From assembly GCF_021869535.1 (NCBI RefSeq), contig NW_026262745.1:22196001-22260000 (forward strand): a stretch of 64,000 nt of DNA, read 5' to 3'. A program made the translations under genes and the position numbers. Under the pieces are notes generated by a model. That model made no database searches and was not told the origin of the DNA. It worked only from the letters and a program-made list of their open reading frames with translations. Shown piece after piece: positions 1 through 10,941 of this stretch; position 1 is the first letter of the stretch; each line of letters begins with the position of its first letter. The DNA comes from Mytilus californianus (Eukaryota).

Positions 1-1846
1 GTATGGGAGTATTGATTAAAAATGATAGAATTTGTTCATACTTTGTTAAAACGTAGTATATATTGGGATATGTCCAATAATATAATAAAAATGATAGGTC
101 ACCGAGCTTTTTCTCAAGCTACAGGTTGTGAAAAAATGTCACATTTTGTATGGATTATACAGGAAAAACATCATTATGTGAATAGAACCTAAACAAAATG
201 ATAGAATTGTAAAATAAAATACGAGTAGATAGCTTTCAAAAATGCTTTCAGAACATCAAAAGAAAAGATAGGTTCACCGTACGTTTTTTCCTGCTTAACC
301 ATAAAATAGCAAAATTTCATGTAGATTCCTTTAGAAAATGTACTATTTCAGAGTTACCTCCCCTCATTACGCCATTTCAAAAAACATTGAAAATCAAGCA
401 AAAATAATCTACGTTTGTAAAAACATTAGTAATTATTAGTTAAATCTTATAAATTTGTTTATTTATAGAAAATTCACATTAGTAAATTGCATTTCTGCAG
501 AAATTTTGCTGACTTGATTGAAAATTTGGACCTTGTTTCTCTACTATGTTACAATCCAAGATGGCGAAAGACACCCATACCAATTAATGTTTGTATATTT
601 TTACTGCACTTGTGTAGCCGTGAATCAGATAGCATCAACCTTTCACTAAATTGTTTCAAATATAATGTCAACCTGCTACTAGAAGACATAGAAAAATGAA
701 AATATACATGATGCTTATATGGTTGATAACAGTGACCAATGAGTTTTCTATTTTTGTTTGAAGTAACTAGATCCAAATCATACTCGAACTAGTATGATGC
801 ATGCGAAAATTGTCTTAAATCCGATACTTTGTGTCTTAAGTCTTATGTCTTATTTTTAGTTGTAATTTGTGTTTTGTGTCAATCTGATGAGTCAAGCCTT
901 TTTTAACTGATTTTTACAATTTTTTCTCATGGTGTGCTCTCCCAGGTGAGGGGAGGATTGAGTGCTCACAAACATGTTTAATGCCGCTATATTATGTACG
1001 CCCAAGTCGGGAGCCTGCTTTAATTGTTTTATTTATTTTCATGTCAAACACTTTCATAGATTTCCATAAGGTATGGGATTTGCAAAATGTTGCAGACCTT
1101 ACAGGACCTACAATTGCTGTCATCTAAGTCATTTGGTCACTGATGGGTAGTTGTCTCATTGGCAATCATACCAAATCTCCTTATTTTCATATTTTAAGAA
1201 TGTTTGCTGGTATTGTCGATCATTGTATTGGGATACTTTAAGTTGCACTGGCTTTTTACTGGATTTAACAGCATTAAAAATGTTTTCCCAGGAACCCTAC
1301 GTTTCTTATCATAATTTCATGTATTACATCTTAAAATATATCCCTGCAAACTCAGGTTAGATAATTGTTATTTTTTTAAAGGTTTTGACAGTGATAACAT
1401 TTTTTAAAAAAAATATGTTAAAAATTAAAAGAACTCCTGTTTCCACCAAAATGTTTAATGTTATATTTCAAAAAATATGCATGTATTGCTGAATACAATG
1501 GGTCTTTCGACACAAAATGGTTAAACAGTACAGTGCAGGACATTTTCACACCTATCATTTCTTACACCTATCTTAAACCTATCGGGATGATATCCAACTG
1601 AAATTAAACCCCAAAAAAATGAAAATCTTTTTCAAAGAATGTTGAAAGTTTATCATTTCGATTGTTTACATCTTTTTCGATGGTCTTTTAAGTTAAATGC
1701 CGGAGTATGATTTTAGATGTTTTGTTTTTTTATATTCTTCGTAAGACTTGAGATTTTTTGTAGTTTTTTTGTATAAAATCAGATCTTAATATAATTACAA
1801 TTTGTTTAAAATCGTGTGTATATTAACCCATAAGTTTTCATTTTAG

Positions 1847-2046
1847 GAGGGAAAACTCCAGTAAGGCAAAAACGCAATATCCAGATAAGTAACGTGAGCT
1901 TGAAAGCTATAGTCTATATCAAGGTGTTTGCTAAAACTGAACAAAGTGCTAAAAGCGCTATTACAGCTTTAGAAAATAGTCTAGAAAGCGCATTCCAGGA
2001 GAAAACTGTCGATGATGAATTGATAAAAGATTTATCAAGAACACAG
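1847..2046 (+). CDS. PARP14: PARP14/15-like gene, first exon visible in window (KH-like region); earlier exons lie upstream of the window
   Basis: AG acceptor 1845-1846 after a pyrimidine tract, GT donor 2047-2048. Open frame (G)GKTPVRQKRNIQISNVSLKAIVYIKVFAKTEQSAKSAITALENSLESAFQEKTVDDELIKDLSRTQ. Phase 0 end joins the exon at 7951. Not in the ORF track. Symbol is family-level (PARP14-like). Confidence 0.8.
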
Positions 2047-2600
2047 GTATGAATGTCTTGTGAGTACAGGTTTATAATTTGATGTAGTGAGAGTTACACA
2101 GGTATTAAATCTTCTGAATAGGAGAACCTGCTTCTTGGGATCTTACAACCGCTACACTTATATATAGCTTTCATACAACAATGGCAGGTTTAAGTCTAAG
2201 TGAGAATAAATGCCATAAGTGATTCGATCATACAAAACTAAATGAGATATAAATAAAGAACATCAAAAGTTTTACAAGAATATTATATAGTACGAGTTGT
2301 CATTTTACTGAAAAGAAGATCTAAAGGACATTGCTTTTACCGGTTGACTTTGCTAGTTATAATTGAATACTATCTTTTATGTTTTTCTTTATTTAAATTC
2401 CTACAAATGAATCATAGTTGCATGAAAAGTCCTTAGAAATAAAACAAAATCAATATGAGGGAACCTCCGGAAAGTCCATCACAATAAGAGAAAGAAATGC
2501 TAAAATCAGTCATAAATTGACGTCTCGTTTGCCATTTTGGTTATAAAGCTCTTCAACTGTTTTAGATCTTTTTCATTCTTGGCTTTCAAATATTCGGCTT

Positions 2601-2645
2601 TGAGAGTTTCTGATAAAGGTAAATCCAGAAAAGCGCTTCGGAATC
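2601..2645 (+). ncRNA. Degenerate hammerhead-like motif
   Basis: CTGATAA-AGGTAAATCCA-GAAA with palindrome AAGCGCTT then C. G8 changed to A and stem I weak. Confidence 0.4.
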
Positions 2646-3726
2646 ATGAAATTCATACATTATCATTTTAAAATTTTCAGTTTTTGGCAACCGATTATGT
2701 AAGATACATCCACGACCTCTTCTGGTATTAATTCAAATAAAGTGACAAATGTTACTTTGTTTTACATTTATTTTATTAAAAATGATTTCAAGCGTATAAA
2801 TTTCTTCAATATGAAAAAAAGGAATGCAGTTTTTCAATTTGTTACACAAAATCCCTACACGCGTTTGAAAAAACCCAAAGCAATGAAACTTGGCTTTAAT
2901 TTCTGTTGTTTTATATATAAAGTTGTGTTTCGTTATGTATTTTGGTTCTAATGCCATAAAATGCTATTCACAGCAGAGGAGACACTCATCTTTTATAATA
3001 GAAAGATGTGAGGTCTATAAGTAAACGGCAGAAGATACGAGGAGGAGGGATCAAAGAGAAAATAAAGGAAAAAATACAGACAACACCATTGCCAAAACGT
3101 AAAACAGCGACGAGACAGACAACTGTACATAAACTACATAGAAAACTTAAGGTTGATCAAGACAAGCCCCGCCGAAGCTCTAAGATTACTACATGTGCTC
3201 CGGAATGTTAAGCAGTTCCTGTTCCTGTTTTCAAAAAAAAATCATGCGTTTGGTTTTCTTTTTTGAATAAGAATTGTTTCACATTTTGGTAAGCCGTTGT
3301 CCTTTATAGCTGACTATCCGGTATTGATTTTGGATGATGTCATTTTTCAGAGATACTTTTCCTTGAAACAGATTGGTTTTATGAAAGTATGACTTTTCCG
3401 TTCCTAAAACCGAAGATATTTGATGCTAATTCGACCATCCTTTTTTATTTAAAATCATTTAATTTGACAGCATCAGACGTTTTAATTTTATATCCTTTTC
3501 GAATGGACCATTTCACAACTTTGCCTAGGAATGCATGACCCAAACCAAGCAAAGTTTTTACAGTTCGATTTCTGCCACCTCTCTTTTCCTTGCCCTGGTT
3601 GCTTCCGTTTTGTACATATATCTTGAGAAAGTGGATTGGGAAGGTGTATAGGGTAAAACTAAAAGTAATGCACTGTTCATATTAGGGGCTATATTTAGAC
3701 ATTAAAACAAACGATTCTTGAGCAAG

Positions 3727-3883
3727 TTGTTTTTGGTAACGTTGTTGATGAGGATTTATGACGATATGTTATTGTTTATGATGATGTTACATGATGATGT
3801 TACATGCATGTCATTTTTACGTTGTGCAACGTAAACATTGACATAACGTCATAGATCCTCCTCAACAACGTTACCAATAACAA
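3727..3883. repeat. 157-bp foldback / MITE-like hairpin
   Basis: 45-bp arms 3727-3771 and 3839-3883 with 5 mismatches; inner palindrome tttacgttg-tg-caacgtaaa. Confidence 0.75.
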
Positions 3884-3982
3884 CGTCTCAGTTTTGACAA
3901 GTCTCTGCAGATGGATGAAAACGCTAGCCTCTAAAAGACATTTGAACTCGCTTACTATTTTTTTCATAATCTGCGTGCTACT

Positions 3983-4226
3983 ATACATCATGTACTGTGT
4001 TACAACCCTTGATAAAGAGGAAAGGCATTACTCGACTGACGAAAGCTATATGTTTATATAGCCTGGTTGGTCGAGTGGTCTAAGGCTCTGGACACGGTGC
4101 AGGCAGTGTTGCCATGATGTCTCAGATGCATGGGTTCGAATCCCGCTAAGGGAAGAACATTAAATTCCAAACGCAAATTTTCAGATCTAACATTATTGGG
4201 CTAAATTTGAAACGAAGTATATATAA
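3983..4226 (+). mobile_element. tRNA-headed SINE-like element, copy A
   Basis: A-box TGGTCGAGTGG 4068-4078, B-box GGTTCGAATCC 4133-4143, body gcaaattt..cagatctaacatt, TA-rich tail. Shares a ~75-bp leader (catcatgtactgtgttacaac...) with copy B. Confidence 0.7.
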
Positions 4227-5062
4227 CACAGGTTATCCGATGGAGAACGTCCGTCGTAAAGTTGTCACATATTTAGACGTATATATAAATATATAATATA
4301 GCACTTGGAGGAGCGATGTTCACGCTGAAGTGCGATGGTCACGATGAAATGCGATGATTTATATTACGCGTAAAGCATAGTTAAAAATCTAACGATTTTC
4401 AATTAGTATATAAATTGGCATTTTTATTGTCCATAAAACATTCATGAATTACGGTATCGATGATATAGTTGTGCATGGTTGAGATAAAATAATCTTTAAA
4501 AGAATTACCATTCTGCAATAAGCCTGTTTACTATATAAGTTTGAATTATTTGAAAATCGTATACTGTTTAAATATCCCTTGTTAGTACCCTGTTAATATT
4601 TTAGTGTCATCTTTACCCTTAATTTACATCTGTTTAAACGGTGTTTGCAACATTTGAAATACAAAAATTTATTTTATATTTTCAATGTCCTTAGTTACAG
4701 TTTTGTACTAAATGAGAGATTGTCCTCTTTTTAATTTTGCTACATGTGGACATATTTCTGGGTTGTTTAGTTTGTCCTTTACCGCTATATTATAATATGG
4801 AAAGTCTGTGTGCGGACCCGTATGCATTGAGATAATGCCATACTTCATCATATTGAGAGAAAAAAATAATTCGAAGACAAAAAAGGATCCGCTACAGTAT
4901 CTCCTCTCTACCAATCAGTCCCTTTTCCCCCGTAGTATAAAAGTTTATAAATCCCTTTTTATCTTGTTCCTACGTGGAATATGCATTAAAATATATTTGC
5001 ACCTGGAAATTGAACATCAGACATCCATCAATCTATTAATCTTTTTGTTTCACAAATAAGAG

Positions 5063-5899
5063 ACTTGTGTTTAACGGTTAAAATGTCGATGATTTACTTA
5101 TAAAGCAGAAAAACTGCCCTCTTCAAACAAATCGACTTCTGTATTGACATTTTAACGTTAAAAACATTAGTAATATCATCATGGTGTATGCAATCCATTG
5201 CACATCGGCGTACATTTCAACAAGAAGGCGTGCCAATGCCATCATCCCTAAGCGGGATTCGAACCCCTGTTTCTATGACATAGCACTGAGGGAATGACAT
5301 AAATTTGCTGTCGCAAATTTGCAGATCTAACATTGGGTTAAATTAAAAACGCGGGGGATATGGATATATCGGGCGTCCGACCGTGTGTCCGTCCGTCCGT
5401 CCGGTCTTGTAAGCGCTCTCACGGGTACCATACATGCCAGATTTTTATTAAACTTATACTATAGGTTAATATCAGCAATATCTCTGCTAAACTTGTGTTT
5501 AACGGTAAAAATGTCGATGATTTACTTATAAAGCAGAAAAACTGCCCTCTTCAAACAAATTGACTTCTGTATTGACATTGTAACGTTAAAATCATTGGTA
5601 ATATCATCATGGTGTATGCAATCCATTGCACATCGGCGTACATTTCAACAAGAAGGCGTGCCAATGCCATCATCCCTAAGCGGGATTCGAACCCCTGTTC
5701 TGTGACTTCGCACTGAGGGAATGACATACATTTGCTGTCGCAAACTTGCAGATCTAGCATTGAGTTAAATTAAAGACGCCGGGGATATGGATATACCAGG
5801 CGTCCGTCCGTCCGTCCGGTCTTGTAAGCGCTCTCACGGGTACCATTCTTGCCAGATTTTTATTAAACTTATACTATAGGTTAATATCAGCAATATCTC
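5063..5899 (+). repeat. Tandem duplication with ~428-bp period (SINE fragment plus HINE 5' part)
   Basis: acttgtgtttaacgg... starts at both 5063 and 5491; near-identical copies run through atcagcaatatctc. Confidence 0.9.
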
Positions 5900-6381
5900 G
5901 AACAAGTTCTATAATGGCGGCCGATCAACTTTTTTATAAGAGTTATGACCCTTTGAAATATTAAATCTATGGAAAATGGCCTCGTTAGCGCTTTCACGGA
6001 TACAATACTTGCCAGATTTTTATAAAACATACACTATAGGTTAATATCAGCAATATCTCGGACAAGTTCTATAATGGTGAACGATCGACTTTTTTAAAAG
6101 AGTTATGACCCTTTAAAATATTTAATTTATGGAAAATGGCCTCGTTAGCGCTCTCACGGGTACAATTTTTTATAAAACTTATAGTATATTATAAGTAATG
6201 CCCTTGAAGGTCTGTTTGAAATATTTAGTATACAATAAAAAAAAAAACTTTTTTGTCCCCTGCGCACGCTTTTTATTTATAAATTGTTTTAAAGAACAAC
6301 AAATAAAAGTGGTTTTTTTTAATTATTCCCTCCTGGATAAATAAAATATGTGCAACGCAGGGGACATTGGATCTCTGTTCT
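5350..6381 (+). mobile_element. HINE/pearl-type (Helentron-associated) non-autonomous element, rearranged
   Basis: (GTCC)n tracts, repeated tagcgctctcacgg.. core units, 3' end atatgtgcaacgcaggggacattggatctctgttc. Same family as 12594-13437. Confidence 0.65.
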
Positions 6382-6611
6382 TTTATTGAAGTTGTCACAT
6401 CTTTAGACGCATATCCGGGAGTTCGAATATTTAGAGTAATTATGAATATGATATGTGTTTTCAGCAGTGTATCACCTTCACTGGTGATCCTATGGATGGA
6501 TCTGTCATAATGTTGTCACTTTTTTAGACATACTTATCAAATAATTATTTCTGTGACTGTATCTTACGATAGATAATTTAGCTAATCTGCAATCAATTCC
6601 ATCTTCATGCC

Positions 6612-6860
6612 ATATATATCATGTACTGTGTTACAACTCTAGATTCTACTGACGAGGAAAGGTAACACTAGGCCACCGAAAGCAGAATTTTTAGTTCATT
6701 CTAGGTGGCCGAGTGGTCTAGAGCGCTGGACACGGTGTAGGCGGTGTTGTCTCGATATCCGAATAGTATGAGTTTGAATCCCGGCGATGGGAGAACTAAA
6801 ACTTTCTTCCGCAAATTTGCAGATTTAACATTGTTGTATATATATATATATATATATATA
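6612..6860 (+). mobile_element. tRNA-headed SINE-like element, copy B, with hammerhead-like leader and (TA)n tail
   Basis: A-box TGGCCGAGTGG 6706-6716, degenerate B-box near 6770-6781, same body as copy A, (TA)n 6837-6860. Confidence 0.7.
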
Positions 6861-6861
6861 A

Positions 6862-7781
6862 TTGTCGAAATCCGGATATGGTATACAAAAATCTTTGCAC
6901 CTTTTGTTTGCGGTATACCATCTTTGCCGCAAGTTTATTGTTTTCTGTTTGGTATTAATTTATAAATAAGATCCATTTATTACACCTGGTGATCCGTTTA
7001 TTTGGCAATCGCCTATGGCAGTCGGCAGGGTTTAAGAACATTTGTTGTTCGACCTGTTAGTCAAATTCGTTTTGCTAAAATATACTTTTTCACTTTTTTG
7101 GTCTTTTGGAAAATGTTGTTTGTGCTGTATTTAGACCCCTCTAACAAGAAATTTATTTTGCATGCACACGTATAAAAATTGCGGTTTTTATCCAACGCAA
7201 TCATAGGTTTGGACGTTGTTATCAATTTAGACTTGTTTATATTTTTTCGTTTGGGCTTGTATTATATTTGTCTTAGGGTTTATATGATCCGTTCATCCTA
7301 TTTTGACTCCTCAAAATTCAAGAGTCTATCCTAAATTGAGGTAAATTGTTGGGCTTTCCAAATACCGTTTCGATTCCTAACATCACTGAAGAGACATTAT
7401 TTGTCGAAATCCGGATATGGTGTACAAAAACCTTTGCACCTTTCGTTTGCGGTATATCATCTTCTCTGCAAGTTTATTATTTTCTGTTTAATATAAAAAT
7501 TTAAAATTAAGATCCATTTATTACATCGGTGATCCGTTTATTTGGCAATCACCAATGGCAGTCAGCAGGATTTAAGAACATTTGTTGTTCGACCTGTTAG
7601 TCAAATGCGTTTTGTTAAAATATAATTTTTCTCTTTTTTGGTCTTTTGGTAAATGTTATTTGTGCTTTATTTAGACCCCTCTAACAAGAAATTTGTTTTG
7701 CATGCACACGTATAAAAATTGCGGTTTTTATCCAACGCAATCATAGGTTTGAACGTTGTTTTGAATTTAGACTTGTTTATA
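6862..7781 (+). mobile_element. Tandem 539-bp hammerhead-containing repeat (about 1.7 units); non-LTR retrozyme or Penelope pseudo-LTR
   Basis: 6862-7240 is repeated at 7401-7781 (offset 539). The left copy starts at the 3' half of the ribozyme. The array is flanked by (TA)n on the left and (TA)n(TG)n on the right. Confidence 0.7.
7381..7422 (+). ncRNA. Minimal type I hammerhead ribozyme (intact core)
   Basis: CATCA-CTGAAGA-GAC(attattt)GTC-GAAA-TCCGGA-T-A-TGGTG. Stem I CATCA/TGGTG, stem II GAC/GTC, palindromic stem III ATCCGGAT, predicted cleavage after A7417. Confidence 0.85.
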
Positions 7782-7950
7782 TATATATGTGTGTGTGTGT
7801 GTTTGTTTTATGTCTTTTCGTCGTTACCCTTTTTGATCAAAGTATTGCCTGTTTTCTTCTACTTATGATTTTTGATTCTCCCATTTGATTCTGGCTTTTT
7901 TAATAAACTTTTTGAATTCAATTTGTAAATAAAATATTTTTTAATGTCAG

Positions 7951-8365
7951 ATAGAAGATTTACAGCAAATACTAGGTGGTTCCGGTGTTGAAATATCACT
8001 GAAAAAGAACCTTGGTAGAATAAAGATAACAGGTTTGCCTGAAAATATTACACATGCTCTGCAAGAAATCTACACTTTCCTGAGAAGAACAGAAGAAATG
8101 CGTCATGCTGAGGAACATGCTAAATTTGTATCAGAAATGGTACAATGGTGTTATATGGAAGTAGACATTGATGGGGAAAAATTAATTGATTACCCAAGTC
8201 AGATAAATTTACTGCTGGAACAAGCAGTTAGGAATAACAAAGCAACAGCTGAATTTCACGATGACAAGGGAAACAAGTATATCGTTGATTTTAACAGCTA
8301 TGAGGAATATTTGGAGAGCAAACCTTCAGAGGCTGTGAAGGTCATTCGAAGAAACAAACTATCAG
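7951..8365 (+). CDS. PARP14: PARP14/15-like exon: KH-like segment plus WWE domain
   Basis: ttaatgtcag acceptor, GT donor at 8366. IEDLQQ...GRIKITGLPENITHALQEIY...VQWCYMEVD...YPSQINLLLEQA...KYIVDFNSYEE...KVIRRNKLS matches the WWE pattern (W-x-Y; Y..IN..LE.A; Y.VDF; V.R). Overlaps ORF 8035..8388. Confidence 0.92.
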
Positions 8366-8487
8366 GTAGAGTTTTTAGAATTCGTTAAGCAGAGATGATA
8401 GGAGTCCCAGTCTTAATTTTGATACCAAGGCAATTTATGCACAAACTTTAACAAATGCTTGTACAGCACGAGATTTATAACGCACCA

Positions 8488-8931
8488 TTTTTATGCCCCC
8501 GCCGTAGCGGAGGGGGCATTAAGTGTTATCCTTGTCCGTCCTGTCCTTCCGTCCCGTCCTTCCGTCCCGTCCGTCTGTCCCATCCGTCCGTACGTCACCA
8601 AAATTGGTTTCCGTTCTCTAACTTTAGTTTGCCTCAACCAAATATTATCAAACTTATACACAATGTTTATTATCACAAAACACAGATCAAGCTTGAAAAT
8701 GGGTGGCGTCACTTTTACCGTTAATGAGTTATGCCTCTTTATAAATGGAAAAATTGCTAAATCTGTCGTTTCCCTTCTCTAACTTTAGTTTGCCTCAACC
8801 AAATGTTATGAAACTTATACACAATGCTTATAATCCAAAACGGTCTTAAGTACGTAAATCTGCATCTGTATGTGGAAGTTGACTCATGCATATTTACAAG
8901 CGGGGGCATCTGTGGCCTATAGGCACATTCT
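8488..8931 (+). mobile_element. Complete HINE/pearl-type element
   Basis: 5' ttttatgccccc-gccgtagcgga-gggggcat, (GTCC)n-like microsatellite, two ~150-bp core repeats, 3' inverted partner gcgggggcat (8900-8909) and terminal hairpin tgtggcctataggcaca. T-rich insertion site. Confidence 0.8.
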
Positions 8932-10416
8932 CCATTTATGTTTTTATTATTTTTGTACCGCTTAGTTAGTCCTGTTAGTTTATGAGTGTTCTTATATCCC
9001 CCCAAAACAGCCGTCATTCATTAAAAGATTTATTATATACATGTTCACATAATAATTCACCCGACCGAATAATGTTATCACCTTTTGCTATCACGCGACT
9101 TGGCGTCCGTCGTCCGTTCTCCGTCTGCCGTTTGCAAACTTTTTTCAAAATCACTTCCACCGTAATCTTTGAAATCAAATTTGACAAGATTGATACTTAG
9201 GGTGTCTTAATTATAGATTATTATCTTCTTGGGGTCCCTCAACCAAAATGACTGCCATGAAAAAAAAATAAAACAACAAAGTGTTAAAAACAACTAATTG
9301 TTTAATATCTTGAAAACTGTTGTGATAGGGTAAATCTGACAGGAACACAAATACTCAATAATTCAAGAGATTTTGTTAATCCAACAAATCTGTCAGACAA
9401 TTCTTTATTGTGTTATTGCCTTTTAATGGTAGTTTTTATGAACTTTAGTGTCTTTGAATATTACCTTGAAAACATAAATTGATAGTGAGAAACTGTAAAT
9501 AGTAACACTTATTAACAAGAAAACTGAGATCTACAGATCACGTCAGTGGTTGACAATATTTTGATGAATGTTAAGTAGAAATTATTTGAATAGATTTTCA
9601 GGTAGATTGCTCCGAATTTTCAATCAACCTGTGACTGGGATGATGAAAAATGCATATTTTACTGTGATCTTGATTTTTGTAATAAATAACTATTTGGGGT
9701 TTTAACAGTGTTGCGAACAGAATCCCAAAAGATACTAAGTCAATGCTTGAGCTATATGGGAAAACTCTTAATAAGCTAAAAAAAAAAAAAAAAAAAAAAG
9801 GACTGTGCAAAATGTTTTCTGAAAATATGGATATATATTAAACAACATTTTATGGTACTGATCATTCATACCAAGTGTCACCTATATATATTTCTCTTCC
9901 TTATGGTCAAGTGCAGTGAATTTCAAACCAAACTTTTTATTACTTCTATTAATATTCAAACTTTCTGAATTAGGTTATTACACATTGTCATTTCTCTGTT
10001 GAAATGTAAAAAATGTCAAAGGAGAGCACAATTTGAACACTATGATAATTATATGTTTTGTGCAACAGCAAAGTGTTAAAAATTCAAATTGTATGGTAGA
10101 TTACATATGTCAAAATATCCCAATGTAATTATAAACAGGAGAAGGGAACATTCGTTAGTTGTCTTTCTTTTTTTGTCATCTAGATACGTGCATTTAATGT
10201 TAATAAGAATACCAATGCTGAAAGCAATGATTAATAAAGGTTGATAAATCGTACATTAAGACTTTTTGTTCGACGTTGTGTGCTTACAAAAAAGTCAAAA
10301 ATTGTATTATCTCTCAAATGTGGGTAGATACAATGCATTGTGTTATGTATCCATCACCCGAAAAGCTCAGTTTACATTCGTTATCAATTAGTACATATTC
10401 ACAAACTCTTTTTCAG

Positions 10417-10574
10417 ACGCATCCGGCTTGGCATTAGAAATGCCCTCAAACTGGAGTCCAATGGACGATAAGGAAAACATAAAACTAGTACTTCTTCAAC
10501 AAACTGACCAGGAATATCTCGAAGTTCATCAAGAATTTACAAAAACTACTGGATCTGCACATAAGATTGTAAAG
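10417..10574 (+). CDS. PARP14: PARP14/15-like exon: start of the ART (PARP catalytic) domain
   Basis: ctctttttcag acceptor, GT at 10575. Phase 1 start continues the previous exon: DASGLALEMPSNWSPMDDKENIKLVLLQQTDQEYLEVHQEFTKTTGSAHKIVK (typical P..W..M...EY..V...F..T pattern). Confidence 0.92.
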
Positions 10575-10763
10575 GTAATGCAGAAGTATATGTAACCGCA
10601 ACCATTCCAATTGCAAACGGTCACAATAATTCGTAATGATAACGACAAAATCGACCACGAAACAACTTAGGATTGAAATAGCCTCTAACAAATGAATGAC
10701 GATTAATCTCAAAGAAAAAAAAACCACTACAAGCCGATTTATTATTTTGTTTGTGAATTGTAG

Positions 10764-10941
10764 ATTTCAAGAATTCAGAATCGTACGTTATATCAACAAT
10801 ACAAAGCAAAGAAAATGTCAATGGAATCATTAAATCCCCAAGGTCATCAAAACGAAAGAACGCTTTGGCACGGTACTGCATATGATGCTTTGGACAGTAT
10901 CAATACATATGGGTTTAATAGGAGTTATTGTGGCAAAAATG
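10764..10941 (+). CDS. PARP14: PARP14/15-like exon: catalytic His motif
   Basis: tag acceptor 10761-10763, gtaagt donor at 10942. ISRIQNRTLYQQY...NERTLWHGT...INTYGFNRSYCGKN, the macro-PARP signature. Confidence 0.95.

Noticed and set aside
884-890. CTGATGA motifs at 884, 12567 and 29449 as hammerheads
   Set aside because: No correctly placed GAAA, stem III or stem I partner follows them.
4061-4150. tRNA gene (also 6700-6790)
   Set aside because: A- and B-boxes are present, but the spacing is too long, there is no closed acceptor stem or clear anticodon arm, and both copies continue into a shared repeat body.
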